Shown piece by piece: positions 37,412 through 47,538 of a stretch of DNA of 64,000 bases. Made by a program: the position numbers and the translations under genes. Below the pieces are notes generated by a model. That model was given only the letters and a program-made list of their open reading frames with translations. It ran no database searches and was not told the origin of the DNA. Positions within the stretch are counted from its first letter, which is position 1; every line of letters starts with the position of its first letter. This DNA comes from a virus (Duplodnaviria; Caudoviricetes), in the IMG/VR virus record IMGVR_UViG_2932385599_000003, positions 1 to 64,000 of that record. The stretch is one strand, 5' to 3'.

Positions 37412-37797
37412 CCCCCGACGACCTCGCCGACCGGCTCGACCAGGCCGCCGACCGCATCGGCCCGACCGTCGAGCGCCGCATCCGACATGTCGGCACCCTC
37501 GGTATCGCCAGCATCCGCGCCAACGCCTCCGGCCGGCCCGGCCCCAACGTCATCACCGGCGCCTACCGCGCCTCCTGGCAGTCGACCACCCGCCGCATCC
37601 CGTACGGCGCCCAGTGCACCCTCGGCAGCGACGCCCCCCAAGCCCGCCGCCTGGAGTTCGGGTTCTTCGACATGACCGACTCCCTCGGCCGGCACTACAT
37701 GCAGCCGCCCTTCCCCCACGTGCAGCCCGCGCTCCCACGACTCGGCGCCACCCTGCGCACGCAGATCCGCCACGCGGTCGAGGAGGTCTTCGCGTGA
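37408..37797 (+). CDS. HK97 gp10-like neck protein
   Basis: PGPNVITGAYRASW, RRLEFG, QPPFPHVQPA. Confidence 0.85.
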   Translation: MTPDDLADRLDQAADRIGPTVERRIRHVGTLGIASIRANASGRPGPNVITGAYRASWQSTTRRIPYGAQCTLGSDAPQARRLEFGFFDMTDSLGRHYMQPPFPHVQPALPRLGATLRTQIRHAVEEVFA

Positions 37798-38261
37798 TCG
37801 CCCGCCGCCCCGTGTCCCTCGCCGTCCAAGCCCTCCTCGCCACCGCCACAGGGCTCCCCGTAGGCCGCGGCCGCATCCCCGCCGGACCCACCGCAGGCAG
37901 TCAGGCCGCCCCGCCGTACTACCTGCTCTACCTGCTCGGCACCACACTCCACGGCCCCCCGCTCGCCGACGAGAACCCCGACGCCACCTTCGTCTACCAG
38001 GTCACCTCCGTCAGCGGGCCCAAGCCGGGCGTCACCGGCTCCGCAGGCAGCATCGACCAGGCGGAGTGGATGGCGGACAAGGCCCGCGAGGCGCTGCTGG
38101 CCCGCGACCCGGCCACCGGCCTGTGGCTGCGCCCCCTCACCGTGCCGGGCGTGAAGAACACCGGCCGCGGCCTCGACACCGAACCAGGGGAATCATCCGC
38201 GCCGGACGATGCCATCATCACCTACGTACAGCGGTACAGGTTCGACCTGACCCCCGCCTGA
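37794..38261 (+). CDS. tail terminator (putative)
   Basis: PPYYLLY, YQVTSV, QAEWMADKAR; lies before the major tail gene. Confidence 0.7.
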   Translation: MIARRPVSLAVQALLATATGLPVGRGRIPAGPTAGSQAAPPYYLLYLLGTTLHGPPLADENPDATFVYQVTSVSGPKPGVTGSAGSIDQAEWMADKAREALLARDPATGLWLRPLTVPGVKNTGRGLDTEPGESSAPDDAIITYVQRYRFDLTPA

Positions 38262-38363
38262 CCCCACGTCGGGCGCGCACGACCGCACCGCGGCGGGACC
38301 CCACGCGGACGCCACCCCACTGGTGGCCGACACATCCGCACCAACCAGCAAGGGGTCCCCACC

Positions 38364-38840
38364 ATGCCGAGGTTTTCCCGCAAGGGCGTCACCAAGGTCT
38401 TCTTCATCGACACGATCGCCGACGCCTCCTACATCCCCACCCGCGAAGAGCTGACCGGCGCCACCAACCTCACCAAGGCCATCGCCTCCATCGACGGGTT
38501 CAGCCTGGAGAACCAGGAGATCACCACCCCGGACCTCGAGTCCACGTTCAACAGCAAGATCCCCGGCGACGACGAGGCCGCCGACTCCAGCATCACCTTC
38601 TACGAGGACGACACCAGCAGCGTGATGGAGGAAGCCCTCGCCAAGGGCACCACCGGTTTCATCGTCTTCCTCCGCAAGGGCGACGTCCCGGCCTCCAAGA
38701 GCCTCGACAGCTTCCCCGTCCGCGTGGCCTCCCGCTCCCCGCAGATCACCGTGGAGAACGAAGCCGCCAAGTGGGTCGCCCGCTTCTCCATCACCGACAC
38801 CCCGGCGCTCGACGCCGCCGTGCCGGCCGCCACGCCCTGA
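38364..38840 (+). CDS. major tail tube protein
   Basis: TKVFFIDTIA..PTREEL, TPDLESTF..KIPG, GTTGFIV. Confidence 0.85.
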   Translation: MPRFSRKGVTKVFFIDTIADASYIPTREELTGATNLTKAIASIDGFSLENQEITTPDLESTFNSKIPGDDEAADSSITFYEDDTSSVMEEALAKGTTGFIVFLRKGDVPASKSLDSFPVRVASRSPQITVENEAAKWVARFSITDTPALDAAVPAATP

Positions 38841-38948
38841 CCCACACCCGCCCCCCTTTGAGCTCCTGGCCGGGCCCGACGGTGTTCGGGAAGGGGCGCC
38901 GTCCGGCGCCCGGCCAGGTCCCCCCTTCCCCGACGGAGGACCACCCCC

Positions 38949-39506
38949 ATGCCCAGCAAGACCACCACCAAGCCGGCCCCGCCCGCGCAGGCCGTCGCCA
39001 AGGACGCCCACTGGGCGGCCAAGCTCGAACGGCTCCGCACCCGGCAACGCCCGACCGCAACCCTCACCATCTGCGACGACCACACCGCCCGCAAGGCCCT
39101 CGAGGACGCCCGCCGTACGCACCTCCTCGCCTCCGTCAAGGCCGACGGCGCCCCGGACGACACCGACGCGCAGCAGTCGCTCCGCGACGCCAAGCAGCGT
39201 CTCGACCAGGCGCAGGCCGCATTCGACCAGGCCGCGATCGTCCTCACGTTCCAGGCGCTGGAGCGGCCCGCGTTCGAGGCGCTGCGCCGCGCGCACCCCC
39301 CGACCGAGGAGCAGGCCGAGGACGGGCAGATCGTCAACGTCGAGACCCTCGCGCCGGAGCTGATCGCCGCAGCCAGCCTCGACGGCCTCACCCCCGACCT
39401 GGCGCGCGAGTTCCTCGACACCTGGGCCGAAGCCGAAGCGAGCCAGCTGTTCCAGACCGCGTGGGACGTGCAGTCCACCGTGCGAGCTGACGTGGGAAAA
39501 GGCTGA
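38949..39506 (+). CDS. tail assembly chaperone (gpG-like)
   Basis: Between major tail and tape measure; ends at a slippery site (…DVGKG*). Confidence 0.85.
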   Translation: MPSKTTTKPAPPAQAVAKDAHWAAKLERLRTRQRPTATLTICDDHTARKALEDARRTHLLASVKADGAPDDTDAQQSLRDAKQRLDQAQAAFDQAAIVLTFQALERPAFEALRRAHPPTEEQAEDGQIVNVETLAPELIAAASLDGLTPDLAREFLDTWAEAEASQLFQTAWDVQSTVRADVGKG

Positions 39507-39916
39507 TCCAGGATGAGCGGTTCCGCGCCGAGCTTGAGCTGTGCGACCGGTGGGGCATCCCCCACAGCCACTTCCTCGGCGCCGGCGACGGCCGCTGGAC
39601 ACCCCGCGACCGGGACAAGGCCCTCGCCTACCGCGCCTACCAGCGCACGGTGTGTCCGCAGTGCGGCACCCGTCACGACGAATGGGATCACGGCGGCCCC
39701 GACGAAGAGGACCAGTACGTCGCGGTCGGGCAGCGCTGCGTCGGCTGCCAGACCATCGCCGACAAGCAGCAGCAACTCGAGCAGCAGGGCATCGACCTGC
39801 ACGGCATGAAGATCGGCCTCCTCCCCGTCGCGGTCCACGCGGCGATGGAAGCCGAGCGGGACCTCCGCAAGGCCCAGCGCGGGCGCCGCGCCTGGGACGA
39901 CGAAGACGACGAGTAG
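39494..39916 (+). CDS. -1 frameshift extension of the tail chaperone (gpGT-like)
   Basis: G GGA AAA heptamer at 39494-39500; -1 frame open to 39916 (RLIQDERFRAELELCDRWGIPHS...CPQCGT). Confidence 0.85.
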   Translation, partial: GKRLIQDERFRAELELCDRWGIPHSHFLGAGDGRWTPRDRDKALAYRAYQRTVCPQCGTRHDEWDHGGPDEEDQYVAVGQRCVGCQTIADKQQQLEQQGIDLHGMKIGLLPVAVHAAMEAERDLRKAQRGRRAWDDEDDE

Positions 39917-39928
39917 AAGGGAGGGCCG

Positions 39929-42900
39929 GTGGCCAACTGGACCCTGTCGGTCGACCTGCGCGGGCAGGGCACCGACCTGGCACGCACACTCCGCCAGACC
40001 GCTGCCCAGGCCCGCACCCTCGGCACAGCCGTCCGCGGCGCCCAGCAGGAGGTACGCAGCCTCGGCGCCGCCTCCCGCACCGCCGGCGGACACGTCCGCG
40101 GCCTCGGCCGGGACACCAACACCACCCGCGCCAACCTCGCTCGGCTCGACACCCAGGCCGCCCGAACCGAGCGGCACCTGCGGAGCCTGGCCGCTCAGGC
40201 CCGCGCCCTGCAAGCACAGCTCGCCCGGATCGACACCGACATCCGGATCGCCGTCCGCCTCGACGATGCCACCGGTGCCGGCACCGCGGCGATCCGCGCC
40301 ACCCTCGACAGGCTGCGCTCCGAGAGCGCGTCCATCGGTGTGCGGCTGGAGGACGACACCGCCGCCACGGCCGCCGCCGTCCGCACCACCCTGGACGAGC
40401 TGCGGGCCAGCGCCACCAGCATCGCCGTCCGCCTCGACAACGAGACCGGACCCGGAGCGGCCGCGATCCGCGCCGCCCTCGACGAGCTGAGCACCCACAG
40501 CGCCAGCATCGCCGTCCGCCTCGACGACGACACCAGCACCGGCATCGCCGCCGTACGAGCGAGCCTGGCGGCTCTGCGCTCCGAGAGCCCCCTCAACCTC
40601 GTCATCAACGTGCGGCTCCGCGGCGCTGCCGCCGCCCAGCGCGCCCTGCAGCAGCTCCAGGACGCCGCTCAGGACGCCTACCGGCGCCTGGCCATCCTCG
40701 AACGCCGGGCCCGCCTCACCGCCGAGGCTCTCAACGAGCTCCGTACGGCCGCCCGCGCCGCCGCCACCGACATCCGGCGCCTGGACCGTGCAGGGGACCG
40801 GGCCGCCACACGGATGGGAGACCTCACCGGGAGCACCCGCACCCTGCGCATGAACATGGACGAGCTCGACACGTCCGTCACCCGCGTCGCCGGCCACATG
40901 GGCGGGCTGCGAGGCAGCCTGGGCACCATCAACCAGTCGACGAACCAGGCCAGCAAGAACTCGCGGCTCCTCATCACCGCGGCCGTGGCGCTGGCCACGG
41001 CCCTGATCCCCATCGCCGCCGCAACCGTCCCGATCGCCACCGGCCTCGTCGCGGCTGCCGCCGGGGCCGGCGCGTTCGGCGCGGCGATCGGCGGGCAGAT
41101 GAAGCACCTCGCCGACGCCACCGAAGCGGAAACGAAGTACCTGGAGGCCGTCGAGGAGCACGGCAAGGCATCAGAACAGGCCGCCGAAGCAGAGATGGCC
41201 ATGTTCCGGCAGCTCTCGAAGCTGCCACCGGCCACCCGCCGCGCCGCCGCCGCGTTCGAGAACTTCAAGGACGAGTACGTCGCATGGTCCAACTCGCTGG
41301 CCGGCACCACCATGCCGGTCGTCGAGAAGACGTTCGGCATCCTCACCGACCTCTTCCCCCGCCTCAACCCGATGATCAGCGGCGCGAGCCGGGAGCTGCA
41401 ACGCTTCCAGGCGATCGTCGCCGGCGGGATGCAGACAGGCGCCTTCGACGGGTTCATGAGCCGCGCCGAGGAGTTCTCCACCACCACCCTCGCCCGGATG
41501 AACAGCGGCCTGATCCGCCTGGCCATGCGCCTGGACAGCGGCGAGGTCGGCGGGAACCTCCGCGAGTTCTTCGAATGGGCCCGCCAGCACGGCCCGCTCG
41601 TCGGAGAGACCCTGGGCGAGATCGCCGACATGGCGCTGCACCTCCTCGTCGCCGCGTCGGACACCGGCGTCGGCGTGCTGACCCTCGTCAACGCGCTCGC
41701 CAGCCTGGTCACCGCCATCCCCACCGACGTGCTGTCCACGATGCTGCAGCTGTACACGGTGATGAAGCTCGTCAGCCTCGCGGCGACCGGGCTCAGTGCG
41801 GCGATGGGCCCGGCCGTGGCGGGCCGGATCGCCGCGTACTTCGCCGTCATGCGGGCGGCCGGCGTCGCCACCACACTGCAGGCGACCGCCGCTTCCATGT
41901 CGGCCGTGACGAAAGCGACGATCGGCCTGGGGGCCCTGGCCGTCGCCGCCATCGGCATCGGCAAGCTCGCCGACAAGGCCCGCGGCGCCCCGCCGGACAT
42001 CGACCGGCTGACCACGAGCCTGAAGGAGCTCGCCGAGACCGGAAAGTTCACCGGCGAGCTGAAGGACACCTTCGGCGACATCGACGGGGTCATCGACAAG
42101 CTCGAACAGCTCGGGCAGGCAACGAAGGACCAGCAGGAGTACGTCGACGGGTTCAACACCAGCGGCATGGTCGGCCCCCTCGACGACCTGCGGCGCAGCG
42201 CGAACGACCTGTGGCAGGACCTCACCCGCGGGGAGGAGTCCCTCACCGCGCTGGAGGACGACTTCAAGGGCCTGGACGGGGCCCTCGCCGGGATGGCCAA
42301 GTCCGGCTACGGCGAGCAGGCCGCCGAGGACTACGCGCTGATCGTGGCCGCCGCGAACAAGGCCGGGCACTCCACGAAGGACCTCGCCGCGGTCTTCCCG
42401 CAGTACAACGCGGCGCTCAAGGCGGCCGCCGCCGAGCAGCGGCTCGTCGCCGCCGGCATGGGCCTGTTCGGTGAGCAGGCCCTGGCCACCAAGGCCAAGC
42501 TCGACAGCCAGAAAGCCTCCGCGGACGGCCTGCGCGGCGCCATCCAGGCCCTCAACGACGTCAACCGGGCCGCCCTCGGCGGGATGATCGCGTTCGAGCA
42601 GGCCATCGACGACGCCGCGAAGGCCGCCAAGGAGAACGCCGGCGCTCTCACCATGTCGGGCGGGAAACTCAACCTCAACAGCGAGAAGGCCCGCGAGGCG
42701 GCCTCCGGACTGCAGGACCTCGCCACAAAGACTGAGGAGGCTGCTGCCGCCGCACGCGAGTCCGGCGCCTCGTGGGCCGAGGTGCAGGGCATCTACGACC
42801 GCGGCCGCGACTCGTTCCTCGCCTCCGCCAAGGCTGCCGGTCTGACCGCCCAGCAGGCCGAGCTCCTGCGGCAGCGGATGCTTGAGCTCCCCGACAAGCG

Positions 42901-44593
42901 TTCCACTCGTATCGAGATGCAGACCGAAGACGCCGTCATGGGCCTCGACGCCGTCATCTCGAAGATCAAGGCCACGCCCAACGCCAAGTCGGTGACGGTC
43001 AACGCCCTGACCAAGGGCGCCACCGAGATGCTCAACGACCTCGGCTACAAGACCAAGACCCTGCCCGACGGACGAGTCCAGGTCACCGCGAAGACGGGGC
43101 AAGCGATCGACGGCCTGGCCGCAGTCCGGGCCGCCCGCGACGCGCTGCAGGACAAGACCATCACCATCACGACCCGCCGGGTCGTCACCGAGGAACGCAT
43201 CGTCTACCCGGCTACCGGAGAGGTGAAGCCCCGCAACAAGCCCGGCCTCGGCGGGTACGCGGACGGCGGCATCGTCCATGCAGCGAACGGCATGTTCGTC
43301 CCCGGCTACGCGCCGCGGCAGGACACCGTGCTGTCGCTGCTCTCCCCGGGCGAGGGCGTCCTCGTCCCCGAGACCGTCCGGAAGCTCGGCGCGGTGACGG
43401 GCATGGGCAGCGAGGGCGTCGTGAAGGCCCTCAACGCGTGGGGCCGCTACGGCACCGCCATGGCCGCGTTCGCCGACGGCGGCCTCGTCGCCCCGCAGCG
43501 TTTCGCCGACGGCGGGATCAGTACGTCCTACGACCCCACCGAGCTGTACAGCCTGTCCTCGATCGCCTCGTCGTCCCGCGACGACAAGCAGAAGTTCTCC
43601 CCGGCGATCTTCGGGCGGCGCCTCACCTCGTCCATCCGCGTCGCCCGCGCCTGGCGCAAGGACCTCGCCACAGTCGCCGCCCGCGCCGGGCAGGACGTCG
43701 CCGACGCGCTGGAGGCGATGGGCGAGGAGGGCATCGAGCTCACCCGGAAGATGGCCAACGGCTCCGCGAAGTACACCCGCCAGATGGCCGCCAGCCTCAA
43801 GGCGCTGGCCGACGCGTCGAAGGCCACCCTCGGCGACTACACCGGGCAGCTCACCAAGACCGTCAAGGACCAGACCGCGTTCCAGAACAACCTGCTCAAG
43901 CTCGCCGCGCAGGGGAACACCGACCTCGCCAAGGCCCTCGCCGCGCAAGGCGACCAGGCCGCCGCCGACCTTGCCGCCGCCGCGGTGAAAGACCCGCGCC
44001 GGGCTCGCCACGCCAACACCGCCGCCCGCGAAGCCGCCAACGCGCTCTCCCCGGACCAGGTCGAACAGCTCGTTGCGATCATCGCCGCGATCACCACCGC
44101 CAAGACCGGTATCCACGACGTCGCCGCGACGACCGGGCTGGGGGAGGACGACATCATCGCCGTCGCCACGAAGGCGTCCACCCGCATCAAGTCCGCGCTC
44201 GGCGCCCGCGCCACGCGGTTCCTCGCCGACCTGGCCCGAGCCAACAAGGGCCTGTCCTACGCCGACGGCGGTATCCGCGAGGGCATCTACTCCACCGTCG
44301 GCGGCGCCGTCACCTTCGCGGAACCTCAGACGGGCGGGGAGGCGTTCATCCCGCTCGGCGCGAACAAGCGCCGCGCCGCCACGCGCGTGCTCGCCGACGT
44401 GGCCGGCCGGTTCGGTATCGGCCTGACCGACATCAGCGCGGCCCGGCAGGTCGTCGTCGTGAAGGAGGGCGGCGACACCTACGTCACCGTCCCCGCCGTC
44501 CGTACCGGCGCCACCGCGTCCGACATCGGCGCCCACGTCGGCCGGCAGGTCCGCCGCGCACGCAGGGGAGGGGTGGCAGCCCGTGGCTACTGA
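39929..44593 (+). CDS. tape measure protein (1554 aa)
   Basis: Long Ala-rich helical protein; N-terminal I(A/G)VRL(D/E)(D/N) repeats; YADGG/FADGG and EPQTGGEAFIPL motifs. Confidence 0.95.
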   Translation: MANWTLSVDLRGQGTDLARTLRQTAAQARTLGTAVRGAQQEVRSLGAASRTAGGHVRGLGRDTNTTRANLARLDTQAARTERHLRSLAAQARALQAQLARIDTDIRIAVRLDDATGAGTAAIRATLDRLRSESASIGVRLEDDTAATAAAVRTTLDELRASATSIAVRLDNETGPGAAAIRAALDELSTHSASIAVRLDDDTSTGIAAVRASLAALRSESPLNLVINVRLRGAAAAQRALQQLQDAAQDAYRRLAILERRARLTAEALNELRTAARAAATDIRRLDRAGDRAATRMGDLTGSTRTLRMNMDELDTSVTRVAGHMGGLRGSLGTINQSTNQASKNSRLLITAAVALATALIPIAAATVPIATGLVAAAAGAGAFGAAIGGQMKHLADATEAETKYLEAVEEHGKASEQAAEAEMAMFRQLSKLPPATRRAAAAFENFKDEYVAWSNSLAGTTMPVVEKTFGILTDLFPRLNPMISGASRELQRFQAIVAGGMQTGAFDGFMSRAEEFSTTTLARMNSGLIRLAMRLDSGEVGGNLREFFEWARQHGPLVGETLGEIADMALHLLVAASDTGVGVLTLVNALASLVTAIPTDVLSTMLQLYTVMKLVSLAATGLSAAMGPAVAGRIAAYFAVMRAAGVATTLQATAASMSAVTKATIGLGALAVAAIGIGKLADKARGAPPDIDRLTTSLKELAETGKFTGELKDTFGDIDGVIDKLEQLGQATKDQQEYVDGFNTSGMVGPLDDLRRSANDLWQDLTRGEESLTALEDDFKGLDGALAGMAKSGYGEQAAEDYALIVAAANKAGHSTKDLAAVFPQYNAALKAAAAEQRLVAAGMGLFGEQALATKAKLDSQKASADGLRGAIQALNDVNRAALGGMIAFEQAIDDAAKAAKENAGALTMSGGKLNLNSEKAREAASGLQDLATKTEEAAAAARESGASWAEVQGIYDRGRDSFLASAKAAGLTAQQAELLRQRMLELPDKRSTRIEMQTEDAVMGLDAVISKIKATPNAKSVTVNALTKGATEMLNDLGYKTKTLPDGRVQVTAKTGQAIDGLAAVRAARDALQDKTITITTRRVVTEERIVYPATGEVKPRNKPGLGGYADGGIVHAANGMFVPGYAPRQDTVLSLLSPGEGVLVPETVRKLGAVTGMGSEGVVKALNAWGRYGTAMAAFADGGLVAPQRFADGGISTSYDPTELYSLSSIASSSRDDKQKFSPAIFGRRLTSSIRVARAWRKDLATVAARAGQDVADALEAMGEEGIELTRKMANGSAKYTRQMAASLKALADASKATLGDYTGQLTKTVKDQTAFQNNLLKLAAQGNTDLAKALAAQGDQAAADLAAAAVKDPRRARHANTAAREAANALSPDQVEQLVAIIAAITTAKTGIHDVAATTGLGEDDIIAVATKASTRIKSALGARATRFLADLARANKGLSYADGGIREGIYSTVGGAVTFAEPQTGGEAFIPLGANKRRAATRVLADVAGRFGIGLTDISAARQVVVVKEGGDTYVTVPAVRTGATASDIGAHVGRQVRRARRGGVAARGY

Positions 44594-45488
44594 GCCCGTA
44601 CTGTCCGACGGACAGATCGACCTGTGCGGCACCGTCATCGGGGCCGGCACCACCGTCAACCTGATCGAGATCACCGGCCTGGGCCGGCCCCCGGTCCGGG
44701 ACAACGACCACGACCAGCCCTCCATGGACGGCTCCTGGCCCGGCCCGGACTACTTCGCGCCCCGCTCCGTGCAGATCGACGCCGCCATCAAGACCCCCGG
44801 CGACCCGACCGCGTGCGAGGCCATGCTCGCCGCGCTCCAGCAGCCCGCATGGGACCCGACTGTTCGCCTCACCGGCGGCGCCACCACCCACCTGCGCATC
44901 AAGCGGCCCGGCCGCCCCACCAAGCGCCTCGAAGGCCGCCTGCGCCGCCTCGATGCCGAGTACGCGCAGGTCAAGCACGGCTACATGCCCCTCGACATCG
45001 AGTTCCTGGCCACCGACCCCACCTGGTACGCCGACACCGCCACCACCACCGAGATCCCCCTCGGCTGGCTCACCGGCGGCGGGTTCGCCGCGCCCGTGAC
45101 CGCCCCCCTCTACGTGCAGGACGGCGCCACGGCCGCCGACCGGCCCGGCTGGGCCACCAACGCCGGCACCGCCGACGCCTGGCCGATCATCCGCATCACC
45201 GGGCCCTGCTCCAACGTGACGATCATCCACGCCGACACCGGCCGCACCCTCGCCATGCCCGCCCTCACCCTCACCGCGGGGCAGTGGCTGGAGATCGACA
45301 CCCGGCCCGGCCACCGCACCGTCACCCGCGAGACCGGCGGCAACGCCACGGCCCTCCTCACCCCCGCCTCCCGCATCGACCTGTTCTCTCTGCCGCCCGG
45401 CACCAGCGAGATGCGGTGGACCGCCTACGACCACACCAACACCGCCCGCATGCGCCTGACCTGGCGCGACGCCTACACCGCCCTCTGA
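44583..45488 (+). CDS. distal tail (Dit-like) protein
   Basis: DGSWPGPDY, FLATDPTWY, NAGTADAWP, LPPG. Confidence 0.85.
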   Translation: MATEPVLSDGQIDLCGTVIGAGTTVNLIEITGLGRPPVRDNDHDQPSMDGSWPGPDYFAPRSVQIDAAIKTPGDPTACEAMLAALQQPAWDPTVRLTGGATTHLRIKRPGRPTKRLEGRLRRLDAEYAQVKHGYMPLDIEFLATDPTWYADTATTTEIPLGWLTGGGFAAPVTAPLYVQDGATAADRPGWATNAGTADAWPIIRITGPCSNVTIIHADTGRTLAMPALTLTAGQWLEIDTRPGHRTVTRETGGNATALLTPASRIDLFSLPPGTSEMRWTAYDHTNTARMRLTWRDAYTAL

Positions 45489-45499
45489 GGGAGACCGCC

Positions 45500-46438
45500 G
45501 TGCCCCTGATTCCGCAGCCGATCCTCGTCAACGGCGCCACCCACTCCGCGCAGCAGTTCCGGCTCCTCGTCGAGGACCTCTCCCGCGGCAACGAGGGCGT
45601 CACCCACGGAACCGACCTGAAGGTCACCGAGCTCGGCACACCAGGCGGCAGCGTGCAGGTCGCCTCCGGCACCGGCGTCATCCGCGGCCGCGCCGCCGCG
45701 TTCCAGGGCACCTACGCCGCAGCGAACGTCGGCTCCACCACCGTCGACATCGCCCCCACCGGGGGCACCGGCCGCTCCGACCTGCTCATCCTGCGCGTCG
45801 AGGACCCCGAGTACGAAGGCAGCCTCGACCCGGCCGTCGACCCGATCGCCTACTTCCAGGTCATCTCCAACGTGTCGTCCAGCGCCACGACGATCCCCGA
45901 CGGCCGCACCGGCATCCCCCTCGCCCGGATCGACATCCCCGCCTCCACCTCCACCATCACCAACGCGATGATCACCGACGTGCGAAAGATCGCCAACCCG
46001 CGCCGGGAACGCACCCTCCTGCCGCCGCAGTCACCCACCTCGCTCAGCGCAGAGCTCGGCGCCAGCACCACCTACAGCTACTTCTCCACCGCCGCCGGCT
46101 GGAACATCCCCGTCCCCGACTGGGCGAGCATCGCCCGCGTCCGCGTCGACGGGTCCGCGCTGCGCCTGACCACCGCCGACTTCTACGGCGGGTTCCGCGC
46201 CACGTTCGGGGCCTCCCTGGTCGTGCAGAACGTCACCATCGACGACAACGGCGGCGCCACCACCCGCCGCATCCAGTCCGTGGCGGCGGACACCCTCACC
46301 ATCCCCGACGCCTACCGCGGCACCACCCAGCTCCTGCGCGCCCAGGCGGCCGGCTACACCGGCAACGCGGGCCGGATCGCCGTCGACCCCTCCTCCACCC
46401 TCATCGGCGACATCGAGTTCATCGAGGCGCCCCGATGA
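45500..46438 (+). CDS. minor tail protein
   Basis: GATHSAQQFR, RSDLLILRVEDPEY, IPLARIDIPA. Confidence 0.8.
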   Translation: MPLIPQPILVNGATHSAQQFRLLVEDLSRGNEGVTHGTDLKVTELGTPGGSVQVASGTGVIRGRAAAFQGTYAAANVGSTTVDIAPTGGTGRSDLLILRVEDPEYEGSLDPAVDPIAYFQVISNVSSSATTIPDGRTGIPLARIDIPASTSTITNAMITDVRKIANPRRERTLLPPQSPTSLSAELGASTTYSYFSTAAGWNIPVPDWASIARVRVDGSALRLTTADFYGGFRATFGASLVVQNVTIDDNGGATTRRIQSVAADTLTIPDAYRGTTQLLRAQAAGYTGNAGRIAVDPSSTLIGDIEFIEAPR

Positions 46439-47538
46439 CGCCCAGCCCCATGCGGGTCCTCACCCAGCACGCCCTGACCGGAGCCTGGCAGTCCCTGTCC
46501 CTGCCCCTGCGCGACCTGGAGTACGGGCCGGAGCTGAACGGGCCCGGCACCCTGTCGGGCACCCTGGAACCCCGCCTCCTCGCCCAGCACCCCACCCTCG
46601 TCGACCCCGGTACCACCTGCATCTACGTCGAAGCCGACGGGAACATCCGGTGGGGCGGACTCGTCTGGGACGTCCGCACCCAAGGCGACCGCCTCACCGT
46701 CGAAGCCGCCTCGTGGTCGTCGTACGCGCAGCGCCGCCACGACCTCGACGGAGAACTCGGCGGACGCGGCCCCTACACCTACGCCGACCCCTGCACGGTC
46801 ATCCGCGACATGTGGGCCTACCTGCAGTCGGTGCCGGACGGGAACCTCGGCGTGCTCGTCGACCCCACCACGACCACCGCGAAGGTCGGCACCCCCGCAG
46901 ACCCCTACAGCTTTCCGTTCTGGGAGCACCCCAACCTCGGGGACCGGATGGACGACCTCGTCTCCGGTGACGCCACCCCGGACTACACCTGCACCACCGC
47001 GTGGAACGAGGACCGCACGGCGGTGGTGAAACGGATCCGGCTCGGCTGGCCCCGCCTCGGCGCCCGCCGCACCGACATCAGCTTCGCGTCCGGCGTGAAC
47101 ATCCTCGAAGACCCCGAGATCCAGCTCGCGGGCGACGACTACGCCCAGGTCGTCGTCGCCGCGGGCGCGGGGGACGGCCGCGCCAAGCGCCGGCAGGTCT
47201 CCGCCGTCCGCAACGGCCGGCTCCGCCTGGAGCACATCCTCGACCTGCCCGAGGTGAAAGCCAACGACGTCCTCGCCGCCCGCGCGGCCGCCGAACGCGC
47301 GATCCGGCAGACCCTCGGCACCGTCGAGCAGATCACCATCCGCGACACCCCCGCCGCCCCCTTCGGCAGCTTCCAGGTCGGCGACGACGTGTACACCCGC
47401 GTCCACAACGCCTGGACCGACTACACCGGCTGGTGCCGCGTCACCGGCTGGACCATCCGCCCCCACGCCACCGGCGGCCCCCAGGCCACCATCAGCCTGC
47501 GCCCGGCCGACACCTACCAGTACGGAGGAACCCCGTGA
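46435..47538 (+). CDS. minor tail / baseplate hub protein
   Basis: ELNGPGTLSG, IRWGGLVW, RLGWPRLG. Confidence 0.8.
   Translation: MTPSPMRVLTQHALTGAWQSLSLPLRDLEYGPELNGPGTLSGTLEPRLLAQHPTLVDPGTTCIYVEADGNIRWGGLVWDVRTQGDRLTVEAASWSSYAQRRHDLDGELGGRGPYTYADPCTVIRDMWAYLQSVPDGNLGVLVDPTTTTAKVGTPADPYSFPFWEHPNLGDRMDDLVSGDATPDYTCTTAWNEDRTAVVKRIRLGWPRLGARRTDISFASGVNILEDPEIQLAGDDYAQVVVAAGAGDGRAKRRQVSAVRNGRLRLEHILDLPEVKANDVLAARAAAERAIRQTLGTVEQITIRDTPAAPFGSFQVGDDVYTRVHNAWTDYTGWCRVTGWTIRPHATGGPQATISLRPADTYQYGGTP

Noticed and set aside
39494-39500. Apparent frameshift pseudogene in the tail chaperone
   Set aside because: It is the canonical programmed -1 slippery site of tailed phages.
40240-40560. Repeats of about 87-90 bp in the tape measure gene
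   Set aside because: In-frame protein repeats (IAVRLDD), ordinary for tape measure proteins.
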